NCBI GenBank assembly: GCA_038244115.1
Contig: JBBRTU010000005.1
Span: forward strand, 866-64,865
Source of the DNA: Burkholderiales bacterium
GTDB lineage: Bacteria > Pseudomonadota > Gammaproteobacteria > Burkholderiales > JBBRTU01
DNA length: 64,000 bases
Direction of reading: 5' to 3'
Numbering within the stretch: position 1 is the first letter of the stretch; every line of letters starts with the position of its first letter. Below the pieces are notes generated by a model. That model was not told the origin of the DNA. It was given only the letters and a program-made list of their open reading frames with translations, and searched no databases. Positions 40,464 to 48,718 of the stretch are shown here, piece by piece. A program made the position numbers and the translations under genes.

Positions 40464-40844
40464 GTGAAAGTCATATCAATGCATAAAGCAAAAAGCACAC
40501 TTTCGCAGCTAGTGCAGCGCGCTGCGGTCGGCGAAACCATCCTGATCGGGGCATATGGAAAAGTTGATGCAAAGCTGGTTGCTGCCACGCTGCCAACCGT
40601 GCGACAAAAGCGTATTGGGCAGTTGAACGCAGATGTACAAGTTCTACGCGTGGCCACCGCGGAAAGCGGGTTCATCGAACTGCCGGTTTTAGGGATACAT
40701 ACAGAGACGCTTGCTAAACTGCCGATGCTGCACCGCGACCCGTTCGACCGGTTGATTGTTTCCCAAGCCATCACGGAGCCGATGAGGTTACTGACTAGCG
40801 ATAGCGAGCTGGAAGCATATAGTGATCTAGTCCAAAGAATCTAG
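40464..40844 (+). pseudogene. In-frame fusion of a Phd/YefM-type antitoxin N-terminus to the C-terminal third of a PIN (VapC) toxin; probable deletion derivative
   Basis: Residues 1-60 (MKVISMHKAKSTLSQLVQRAAVGETILIGAYGKVDAKLV...KRIGQL) look like the antitoxin. The tail (LPMLHRDPFDRLIVSQAI..MRLLTSD) is a PIN C-terminus. The N-terminal acidic PIN residues are missing. Confidence 0.55.
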
Positions 40845-40954
40845 CGCTGAACATACCGCAGGGAACCGGTAGCGGAGGCGCCCTTGCCTGCACTATTTGC
40901 AGATCGTCACTCTATTCAGCGAATATTTCTCGCAGTGTATCGGATGTTTTCATG

Positions 40955-41096
40955 CGGCATCCAGTGCTGGCGTAGGAGGGCCGCCCTCGGCCCGATTTTG
41001 AATATCGCGGCGAGGGCGCCGCTCCTACTACAAAAACATGTCGCGTCGAGCCAGGCTCGCAGAACAAAGGAGCAGCCCACACCTTCAATTGCACCC
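40955..41096. repeat. MITE-like element, copy B (left terminus degraded)
   Basis: 40963-41096 aligns with 25558-25685 at about 85 percent identity. The right terminus CCTTCAATTGCACCC is retained. Confidence 0.75.
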
Positions 41097-41147
41097 GTTA
41101 ACAGGTGGCCGCCACGGTAAATTTTCCAGCTCTGGTAGAATTCTGGC

Positions 41148-42242
41148 ATGAATATAAACGGCATCCCCTATCGCACCATTTGGCCCCAATCGAACATCCG
41201 CTCAGTCGAGATCATCGACCAGACGCGTCTGCCGCATGAATTTGCCATTACGCAGCTAACCACGCTCGACGATGCAGCGCACGCTATCCGCTCCATGCAG
41301 GTGCGCGGCGCGCCGTTGATCGGCGCTACGGCGGCTTATGGCGTGGCTTTGGCAATGTTGCGCGACACTTCCGATACGGCGCTAGCTGACGCATGCCAGA
41401 CCTTGCTGGCCACGCGCCCTACTGCGATTAATCTGCGCTGGGCGCTTGAACGGGTCAGCGCGAAACTGTTGCCTCTTGCCCCTGCGGATCGCGCTGCTGC
41501 AGCCTGGCACGAAGCGGCTGCCATCTGCGATGAAGATGTGGCTTTCAATCGCGCCATCGGCAAGCATGGCTTTCCGCTCATCCAGGCCATTCACCAGCGT
41601 ACTAACTGCACAGTAAATATCCTCACGCACTGCAACGCTGGCTGGCTGGCTACGGTGGATTGGGGCACGGCTCTGGCCCCTATCTATACGGCTTTCGATG
41701 CTGGCATTCCGCTGCACGTGTGGGTGGACGAAACGCGTCCGCGCAATCAGGGTGCGAGTTTGACCGCATGGGAACTCGGGCAGCATGGCGTGCCGCACAC
41801 GGTGATTGTCGACAACGCCGGCGGGCACCTCATGCAGCATGGCAAAGTAGACATGGTGATCGTCGGCACCGACCGCACCACGGCGTGCGGTGATGTGTGC
41901 AACAAGATCGGCACTTATTTGAAGGCGCTGGCCGCGCATGACAACGGCGTACCTTTCTATGTAGCACTGCCCGGGCCAACTATCGATTGGCGCATCGAAG
42001 ATGGGGTACGCGATATTCCGATTGAACAACGCAACGGTCGGGAGGTTTCCCATATTACAGGCCGCACCAGCGCCGGCGAAATTGTGGAAGTAGCGCTCAC
42101 GCCAATGGATAGCCCTATCGCCAATTACGCCTTTGATGTGACCCCCGCGCGACTGGTGACGGGGTTGATTACCGAGCGCGGCGTGTGTGCGGCATCAAAG
42201 AATGGACTGCTGCAACTTTATCCGGAGCAACACCATGAGTGA
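41148..42242 (+). CDS. mtnA: S-methyl-5-thioribose-1-phosphate isomerase
   Basis: eIF-2B alpha/beta/delta-like fold: [10 protein letters not shown]...[10 protein letters not shown]...THCNAG...VIVGTDR...[10 protein letters not shown]. Confidence 0.9.
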   Translation: MNINGIPYRTIWPQSNIRSVEIIDQTRLPHEFAITQLTTLDDAAHAIRSMQVRGAPLIGATAAYGVALAMLRDTSDTALADACQTLLATRPTAINLRWALERVSAKLLPLAPADRAAAAWHEAAAICDEDVAFNRAIGKHGFPLIQAIHQRTNCTVNILTHCNAGWLATVDWGTALAPIYTAFDAGIPLHVWVDETRPRNQGASLTAWELGQHGVPHTVIVDNAGGHLMQHGKVDMVIVGTDRTTACGDVCNKIGTYLKALAAHDNGVPFYVALPGPTIDWRIEDGVRDIPIEQRNGREVSHITGRTSAGEIVEVALTPMDSPIANYAFDVTPARLVTGLITERGVCAASKNGLLQLYPEQHHE

Positions 42243-42882
42243 AATCAAGCTACGCCGCCAGATGGTGAATGCTTCTCTGGAGCTGGTGGCGCGCGGCTTG
42301 AACCGCGGCGCTTCCGGTAATTTGAGCGTGCGTTGCGGCGCTGGCTTTCTGATCACGCCAACCGGCCTGTCACCGGAGGAAACCGCGCCGATTGATATTG
42401 TTACGATGGACCTGGCCGGCAATTGGCAGGGCAGGTGCAAACCGTCCAGCGAATGGCGCTTTCATCGCGACATCTTTGCGGCCCGCCCGGAGGTCAACGT
42501 GGTCGTGCACACGCACTCGATGTTTGCCACCACGCTTGCCTGTGTGGGGCTGGATATACCGGCCTTCCACTACATGATTGCGGTGGCGGGCGGCAAGGAT
42601 ATTCGCTGCGCGCCCTATGCCACTTTCGGCGGTCAGACATTATCCGATTACGCCGTCAAGGCACTGCAAGACCGCAAAGCCTGTTTACTGGGCAACCACG
42701 GCATGATTGTGCTGGGCAACACGCTGGCCGGTACCCTTGCCTTGACGGAGGAGGTGGAAGCCTTGTGTGAGCAGTATTGGCGAACGCTACAAATAGGCAA
42801 ACCGAATCTGCTAGCGGACGCGGAAATGGAGGTGGTGTTGGAGAAATTTAAAAGCTACGGTAAACCGCAGAAAAGCAATTGA
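42235..42882 (+). CDS. Class II aldolase/adducin family protein (MtnB dehydratase or Ald2-type aldolase)
   Basis: SGNLSVR, VVHTHS and GNHGMIVLG motifs. 8 nt overlap with mtnA. Start trimmed to the ATG at 42235. Confidence 0.8.
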   Translation: MSEIKLRRQMVNASLELVARGLNRGASGNLSVRCGAGFLITPTGLSPEETAPIDIVTMDLAGNWQGRCKPSSEWRFHRDIFAARPEVNVVVHTHSMFATTLACVGLDIPAFHYMIAVAGGKDIRCAPYATFGGQTLSDYAVKALQDRKACLLGNHGMIVLGNTLAGTLALTEEVEALCEQYWRTLQIGKPNLLADAEMEVVLEKFKSYGKPQKSN

Positions 42883-42898
42883 ATGCATAACGGCAATT

Positions 42899-43021
42899 GG
42901 ACGCAGATAAAAGCCGATCAATACTGATATTCCATGGATACTCGACGGGTGCTGAGGTAGCCTCATACATTCCTGTCTAAACTAATAAATAATCTGCGTA
43001 AATCTGCTTTTATCCGCGTCC
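42899..43021. repeat. CGCAGAT-heptamer palindromic element (copy 3)
   Basis: GGACGCAGATAAAAGCCGATC ... AATCTGCGTAAATCTGCTTTTATCCGCGTCC. Confidence 0.8.
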
Positions 43022-43040
43022 AACTGTTTCGCAAAGAAAA

Positions 43041-43310
43041 TCAATCCACCCGCTCCCAGCTATTTTCATTGCGCACTACCTCATAGCGCATCCAGCGCAT
43101 AAACTCCCCGCGCGTACAACTCAGTTTGGAACGCCGGCCATGCCCCACCAGCACCTTGAAAGTAATATGGTCCAGCTCGTCAGCAGCGGTCGAAGCCTCA
43201 ATGAGCAGAACTTGTCGCACCACCCAGTGTTTGCCAAAGTCACCGTTGCTATAGGCGGCGCCCAGCTTTATTTCAGGCTTTTTCACAATCAACCTTCGGG
43301 GAATATCCAT
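43041..43310 (-). CDS. Hypothetical protein (89 aa)
   Basis: ORF track only. No family recognised. Confidence 0.4.
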   Translation of the reverse strand: MDIPRRLIVKKPEIKLGAAYSNGDFGKHWVVRQVLLIEASTAADELDHITFKVLVGHGRRSKLSCTRGEFMRWMRYEVVRNENSWERVD

Positions 43311-43369
43311 CTCAAAATCGAATGACGCGTTATTTTAATATGGCATTTGCGCCGCGTGGAAGCAGCAAG

Positions 43370-43397
43370 AAAAAAGCCCCGCGAACGGGGCTTTTTT
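43370..43397 (-). terminator. Rho-independent (bidirectional-looking) terminator
   Basis: AAAAAAGCCCCG-cgaa-CGGGGCTTTTTT, 20 nt after the stop of 43417-44334. Confidence 0.8.
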
Positions 43398-43416
43398 ACT
43401 GGGATGATCCTAGCTA

Positions 43417-44334
43417 TTAGAACGCGCTGGATTTCTCATAGACACCACCGGCCACACCGGTCAGGGTTTCAAGAATGTCATCAGGCGCATCGCTGATGCC
43501 CATGAAGGTTCCCATGCCAAGCGAAGGCCAGGCCATGGCGATGCGGTAACGCCCATACAGTGCATTGACCTTGTTGTTGACGATATAAATTTCATACGGC
43601 ATCGCCGCAATGTGGTCAGCGCCAACCTTTTTCAGCCACGAACCTTCGCCGGTTTTCGGATCGTTCATCGCCACGCCGAATACTGCTATTTTCTTGTCAG
43701 CCATGACAACCTCGTACACCTTGGACGTGCTGTTCACTTTCTTGGCCAGGTTATCTTGCACCGCTTTCACTGCGGCATCAAAACTGCCGTAACTCTTCAA
43801 CTCGTTTTTGTCGCAGTCGAAACGCTCCATGCCTGCCATGTAATGGTAGCGTGCCAAATCGTCGGCCTTTTCATCACCGCCGAAACCTTTGCCACTACCA
43901 CCCAGCGCCTTCTTGAGCTTGCCCTCTACCACCTTGACGGCACCCTCAGCGCTTTTATACTGGGTGCGAAACAATGCACGTCCCCAGTATTCAGGATTGA
44001 TATAGGAAACCGTGCCGTCGGATTTCACCCCTACCCGAATGGTCGCACCCGCAATGTTGGAACCACCCATGGAACGCACCGCATCCAACCACCCCTTCTC
44101 AGTGGTAATGATGACGCCATACTGCGGCAAACCCTTAGGGGAATGGTTTGCAAGAACGGTAAATCCCTCTGCCGCCAATTTTTTCTCGACTTGCGCCATA
44201 ACCGCCGACACATCACCGCCTGCTACCTTGTCACCCAAAAGATAAGGGCTAAGCGCAAAGGCTAGCGGCGCCCACAACATCAACAGTACCAATCCAATCA
44301 GTTTTTTGGCTTGCGCCGAAACTAGCGTTTTCAT
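43417..44334 (-). CDS. Hypothetical secreted protein (305 aa)
   Basis: Signal peptide LLMLWAPLAFALSP. No confident family assignment. Confidence 0.6.
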   Translation of the reverse strand: MKTLVSAQAKKLIGLVLLMLWAPLAFALSPYLLGDKVAGGDVSAVMAQVEKKLAAEGFTVLANHSPKGLPQYGVIITTEKGWLDAVRSMGGSNIAGATIRVGVKSDGTVSYINPEYWGRALFRTQYKSAEGAVKVVEGKLKKALGGSGKGFGGDEKADDLARYHYMAGMERFDCDKNELKSYGSFDAAVKAVQDNLAKKVNSTSKVYEVVMADKKIAVFGVAMNDPKTGEGSWLKKVGADHIAAMPYEIYIVNNKVNALYGRYRIAMAWPSLGMGTFMGISDAPDDILETLTGVAGGVYEKSSAF

Positions 44335-44392
44335 GACTATCCTCCGTTATGCGAATGTTTGTATAATTTCTTTCCGATTGCGTTAGCCGAAT

Positions 44393-44423
44393 GAAAAAGG
44401 GCCGAAAGCAAGCCTTCAGCCCT
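44393..44423 (-). terminator. Rho-independent terminator after the FadL-family gene
   Basis: On the minus strand: GGGCTGAAGGC..GCTTTCGGCCC followed by TTTTTCATT. Confidence 0.6.
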
Positions 44424-44442
44424 TTTATTTCCTAGACTACTC

Positions 44443-45744
44443 TTAGAACTTCATGCCGTAGGCAATGCCCAGGGAATTTTCGTACATCTCGATTTTCTCA
44501 GTACCCGTATTGCCAGCACCCAACGCAGTAAACAACGAATTACCACTGACAGAATTCTTAGCCGCATGCATGTATGCCATGGTCAGCTCGGAACCTTTGT
44601 CCAACGCATATGTGAAGCCCGCAGTGTAGTGATCCTTCACAACAGCCGGCGCAAGGATATTGAAAGTCACGTCTCGCGATTGGATTGGATTATCAGTTGT
44701 GCCAAAACCTGCCCGAATTGTTAAATTACTGGTGTACTTGTACTCAACACCAATTTTCCAGACATCCACATCTGACCAACCAAAACCACGGCCATCACTG
44801 TTGCCTAGCGCGCTATTATTAGTGCTGGGGTTACCAACGGATTTGGTCTTGGCATAATTAATACGCTGATAATCAACCGCCACTGTCCAATCTTTGGCCG
44901 GAACGAACGCAATACCAAAGTTGTAGTTCTCGGGAATATCCATGTCACCCAGTTCGGCGAACAAACCCTTGTACTTATCAAATTTTTGCAAATTAACCTT
45001 CGTTGCATAAGCAGCACCAACACTAAAGGTGTCGGATATTTTGCCATAATAGCCAACGCGCAGACCCCAGCCGGTTGCGGTATCATTACCATTGTTGGTC
45101 AGGTTTGCACTATCGCCGGACAGCCCCGCAAAACCTTGCAGGCCCTCGGCTTTAAATTTTGCATAGCCAAGCAATGGGGACACACCGATCGAGTTAGTGG
45201 CATTTACTTTGTAAGCCCAGGTCGGCGCAATGATCAAATGTTCGAGGTTAACGCCTAATCTCGTGTTGCCACACAGCACGTTCTGACCAGTTCCGGCCAC
45301 GCCAAACGCTCCGCAAACGCCAGAACCAGCGCCTGTAATTTGACCAGCGGGGTAATCGGTATTCATGCCACCATTGCCAAAGACGCTTACGCCTAACGAC
45401 ATATTGGGATCTATCATCCGGTTATAGCCAAATTCTGGGATATAGAAGTTATTTTTTTCACTGTCGACTTGTGCATCCAAGCCATTAGCCGAGCCAGTAC
45501 GCTGCATTTTCCGCTTTGGGCTGAACCAATCCAAACCGATATCCATGCGATCACCAGCCCAAACCATGCTGGCAGGATTGTTGGCTCCACCAAAAGTATC
45601 ACCAGTCACTGCAGTTGACGCACCGGCCATCCCTTTGGCCTTCATGCCATAGCCATGAGAAAAGAAACCATAAGTTGCATGCGCCATGCCAGGCAGCGCA
45701 AAACCAGCAACCGCCATCACACCGATCAGTTTTTTGAGTTTCAT
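44443..45744 (-). CDS. FadL/OmpP1/TodX-family outer-membrane channel for hydrophobic compounds
   Basis: Signal peptide. N-terminal HGYGMKAKGMAGASTAV..D.FGGANNPASM hatch region. Alternating beta-strand pattern. C-terminal ...YGMKF. Confidence 0.85.
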   Translation of the reverse strand: MKLKKLIGVMAVAGFALPGMAHATYGFFSHGYGMKAKGMAGASTAVTGDTFGGANNPASMVWAGDRMDIGLDWFSPKRKMQRTGSANGLDAQVDSEKNNFYIPEFGYNRMIDPNMSLGVSVFGNGGMNTDYPAGQITGAGSGVCGAFGVAGTGQNVLCGNTRLGVNLEHLIIAPTWAYKVNATNSIGVSPLLGYAKFKAEGLQGFAGLSGDSANLTNNGNDTATGWGLRVGYYGKISDTFSVGAAYATKVNLQKFDKYKGLFAELGDMDIPENYNFGIAFVPAKDWTVAVDYQRINYAKTKSVGNPSTNNSALGNSDGRGFGWSDVDVWKIGVEYKYTSNLTIRAGFGTTDNPIQSRDVTFNILAPAVVKDHYTAGFTYALDKGSELTMAYMHAAKNSVSGNSLFTALGAGNTGTEKIEMYENSLGIAYGMKF

Positions 45745-45901
45745 TTAACTTCCTCCGTCGAAAATATTTTTGAGTGAAAACGTAAATTGATTCAGGATTT
45801 TTATTTTTATTGGATGCTATGGCGAATAATAGCCCCATTACTAGGGTTGGCAAGCATTTTGGTAGCAATCTACCAAAAACAAACGTAACAGTGTTGTAAA
45901 T

Positions 45902-47041
45902 TTACAACAAATCGCTCGAATCGCTTGTCCGAACGGACTCTCCGGCCATTTGCCGTTTAATAAGCTGCACGTCGTTGGCATTCAAGGCAAAGGGAAACGA
46001 AAGAATATCGCCCGGCGGCGAGTCACCGTAAGGGCGGTTGCAAGCGGAGATTTCTTCGTCGTCCGAACCGGGACAGCCTGAGGTCTGGAAGGGCTTGCCT
46101 GATTTAATCAGATCCTCAAGCAGGTCTTGCGGCAAACCGAAATCCGTCACCCGCCCTGCGGCGTTGAAGCGCATATTGCGTACACTACCGCCGGCATAGT
46201 CAATGATGAAACGCGCCAGTTGCACGCGCCGCCATTGGGCGCGGTCCACTGCGGGCCAATCTTCCATCATTGAGCCACGCTCCGGAAAGAATGCAAACAT
46301 GTGGTTGTGGCCGCCCATGTCCTTGATGCGCTGGCAGACCGTCAGTATCTCCTGCTCGGTCTCGCCCATACCGCCAATAAGATGCGCGCCGAATTTTTCC
46401 GGGCCGAAAATTTCTGCCGCCCACTCGATTGCCTGCCAGTATTTTTCCCAGCGGTGGGGACTATCCACGGTCTTGCCCCGCGTGCGTTCAAAAATTTCCG
46501 GTGTAACTGCGTCCAGCGCCACGGTGAAAATTTCTGCGCCGAGCGCCTTCAGTTCGACCAGGTCTTCACGCTCCATGCTGGTGGGATTGGAAAGAATGGA
46601 GACCGGGATATGCGGCAAGGCCGCCACCCATTTTTTTAGCAGGATGGGCGTTGCCGCATCCGAGGCCGGATGGGTGATCATGGAAATGCACATGCGCTGG
46701 AACTGCCCTTTGTCACCGCCCGCTTTAACGCGCTCGATCACTTCATCGTAGCTGGCGGTTGGCCAATCCACGCGAATAAAATTGCGGTCGGCATAGTCGC
46801 GCGCTTCCTCGCGGTGACGCGCCAGGCCGCAGTAGGAACAATTGGCGCGGCAGCCCTCGGGGAAGGTCACCAGCAGATTGAGGCAGTGCGTACACGCAGT
46901 ACGATGCATGACGCCTTGCACCAGACCCAAGGTAATCGCCGCAGCGGTGCTCATCTGCACATACTCGGGCGAACGCATCTCTGGTGTCTTGATGTGATGG
47001 TCGGGCCGGTAGAAATTGATTGGCTGCAATGCTTCGTTCAT
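45902..47041 (-). CDS. Radical SAM protein, LipS1/LipS2-type (lipoyl synthase of the sLpl pathway)
   Basis: CRANCSYC (CxxxCxxC). Same operon as sLpl ligase, LbpA and a second radical SAM gene. Confidence 0.7.
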   Translation of the reverse strand: MNEALQPINFYRPDHHIKTPEMRSPEYVQMSTAAAITLGLVQGVMHRTACTHCLNLLVTFPEGCRANCSYCGLARHREEARDYADRNFIRVDWPTASYDEVIERVKAGGDKGQFQRMCISMITHPASDAATPILLKKWVAALPHIPVSILSNPTSMEREDLVELKALGAEIFTVALDAVTPEIFERTRGKTVDSPHRWEKYWQAIEWAAEIFGPEKFGAHLIGGMGETEQEILTVCQRIKDMGGHNHMFAFFPERGSMMEDWPAVDRAQWRRVQLARFIIDYAGGSVRNMRFNAAGRVTDFGLPQDLLEDLIKSGKPFQTSGCPGSDDEEISACNRPYGDSPPGDILSFPFALNANDVQLIKRQMAGESVRTSDSSDLL

Positions 47042-47059
47042 TTTTTCTCCACAACCTAT

Positions 47060-47190
47060 GGGACGCAGATAAAATCCGATTACCGCAGATTCAATTCATT
47101 GAAGAGATATGCCCCCTTCACCCCTATCGTGCGCTAGGCTTTTTAATGAATTTCTGGTCTATCTGCGCTAATCCGCGTTTATCTGCGTCC
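47060..47190. repeat. CGCAGAT-heptamer palindromic element (copy 4)
   Basis: GGGACGCAGATAAAATCCGATTACCGCAGATTC ... CTATCTGCGCTAATCCGCGTTTATCTGCGTCC. Confidence 0.85.
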
Positions 47191-47229
47191 AAGCAATTCT
47201 TCCAGGGTTAACATCTCCACAATCTATGT

Positions 47230-47647
47230 GGACGCAGATAAAATCACTTTCTTGCATTGTTGAAAGCCTTGCGTCTGACTTCCGCCTTTGGGCCAAAGTT
47301 AACCAAAATCCCCAATTCAATTTTGGTTGCCTTCAAATAATTTAGCAACTGAGCATCATGTTCTGACAGCAAGGATTTTGCGGCCTTGATTTCTATGATC
47401 ACTTTATCATCTACCAAAATATCCGCCACATATTCACCAACGAGAATGCCTTTGTAACTTACCGTGATCGGCATTTGCGCTACAACATGCAGGCCAAGCT
47501 TGCGTAACTCGATCACCAGTGCATTCTCATAGACTCTCTCCAGAAACCCATAACCAAGGCTATTATAGACTTCATAGAATGCACCAATTATCTGTTCGGT
47601 AAGCTCGACATGTTTGAAATCCTGCAAATCTGCGTTCATCTGCGTCC
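47230..47647 (-). mobile_element. Gene-bearing member of the CGCAGAT element family (copy 5)
   Basis: GGACGCAGATAAAATC at 47230-47245 and ATCTGCGTTCATCTGCGTCC at 47628-47647 are inverted. They bracket exactly one ORF, the GxxExxY nuclease. Confidence 0.65.
47244..47639 (-). CDS. GxxExxY-family PD-(D/E)XK nuclease-like protein
   Basis: ELTEQIIGAFYEVYNSLGYGFLERVYENAL (GxxExxY) ... VDDKVIIEIKA (D..ExK). Start trimmed to the ATG at 47639, giving MNADLQDF. That ATG lies inside the repeat arm. Confidence 0.8.
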   Translation of the reverse strand: MNADLQDFKHVELTEQIIGAFYEVYNSLGYGFLERVYENALVIELRKLGLHVVAQMPITVSYKGILVGEYVADILVDDKVIIEIKAAKSLLSEHDAQLLNYLKATKIELGILVNFGPKAEVRRKAFNNARK

Positions 47648-47650
47648 CCA

Positions 47651-48718
47651 CTAAACAAAATATTCGGGAAAGGCGATCCAACCTTGCCGATGCACATCAT
47701 CATCCTGTGCATGCCGCATATTCCACAACGACTTCATCCACTGCCGCTTGGCCACCGCGCGCGCTAGCGTTGTGCCAAATTGATCGCGCAGGTCTTCTTC
47801 ATATTCTGCCAGCGCTGCATGATCACCCGCCAACCATGCCGCAGCCGCCTCACCGGCACACTCGCCCGACACTACCGCAGCGGCAATGCCGGCACCGGTG
47901 ATGGGATGAGTCAAGCCCGCCGCATCGCCCACGAATAATACATTACCCACTACCAAGCGCTCACGCATGCCACTGACCGGAATCGCGCCACCGGTACGCG
48001 CTAGAATTTCGCTGCCCACCAAACCTTCATCTACCAGTTGCCGGTGCAATCTATCCAGCGGAACTTTCAGATCATCGGTGAACTGTTTGTCCAGGCCAAG
48101 TCCAAGATTGGCCACCTGCCCTTTCGGGAACAACCAGGCATAACCACCAGGGTAAGCATCCGACAACCAGATGTCCGTATCGGTATGGGGCCGCTCAAGC
48201 GGTACCGTGTACTGCCGCGTGTGCACCACCTCCAACGCGGGCAAGCTTAACGCTGCTGCCACAAAGGAATGCGGGCCGTCGGCAGCCACTAGCACACGAT
48301 AACAAATATTCCGCTCACCTTCGGGCGTTTCGATTGCCGCCTGTTTGTTTTCCGCATCCAGCCGTCGCAAACGACTACCAAGCAACAGGCGCGCGCCATG
48401 CGCTTGCGCCTCTCGCGCCAGCGCCTGATCAAATGCAGCGCGATCTATCATCAGACCTGCGAACTTCGACTGCTCCGCGACGCCTGACGGCAACATAGTG
48501 TTCATCGCTAAAATGCGCTGCACCAAAATGCCTTCAGCTTGCGCGTAGGCGGAAAGCGGCAGCGGAATAAACTCGGCACATTGCACTGGTATGCCAATTT
48601 CATTCTTGCGCTCCACAACAAGCACACTGGCCCCGGCCTTGGCGGCTGCGGCTGCCGCCGAACCCCCGGCTGGGCCGAGGCCGATTACTAGCACATCGAT
48701 CTGCTCCATCGCGCTCAA
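47651..48718 (-). CDS. Geranylgeranyl-reductase-family FAD-dependent oxidoreductase
   Basis: N-terminal dinucleotide fold VLVIGLGPAGGSAAAAAAKAG. Also GDAAG. Operon context with sLpl and LipS. Confidence 0.8.
   Translation of the reverse strand: MSAMEQIDVLVIGLGPAGGSAAAAAAKAGASVLVVERKNEIGIPVQCAEFIPLPLSAYAQAEGILVQRILAMNTMLPSGVAEQSKFAGLMIDRAAFDQALAREAQAHGARLLLGSRLRRLDAENKQAAIETPEGERNICYRVLVAADGPHSFVAAALSLPALEVVHTRQYTVPLERPHTDTDIWLSDAYPGGYAWLFPKGQVANLGLGLDKQFTDDLKVPLDRLHRQLVDEGLVGSEILARTGGAIPVSGMRERLVVGNVLFVGDAAGLTHPITGAGIAAAVVSGECAGEAAAAWLAGDHAALAEYEEDLRDQFGTTLARAVAKRQWMKSLWNMRHAQDDDVHRQGWIAFPEYFV

Noticed and set aside
34650-40850. Integron-like gene cassette array, with the GTCTAGAC repeats acting as attC sites
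   Set aside because: No intI integrase is present. The modules are in mixed orientation. The repeats lack the RYYYAAC ... GTTRRRY core sites. An intact RAYT flanked by the same repeats explains them better.
40884-41164. Small ORFs (60-82 aa) across MITE-like copy B, and their counterparts at 25463-25781
   Set aside because: They are translations of the repeat element in several frames and on both strands, with no RBS. The similarity between the loci is at the DNA level.
41382-42053. 223 aa ORF antisense to mtnA, and similar long antisense ORFs (16012-16548, 29368-30057, 33981-34595, 43612-44265, 53177-53659, 53714-54343, 55180-55755)
   Set aside because: All lie opposite well-supported genes and have biased Arg/His/Gly composition with no recognisable motifs.
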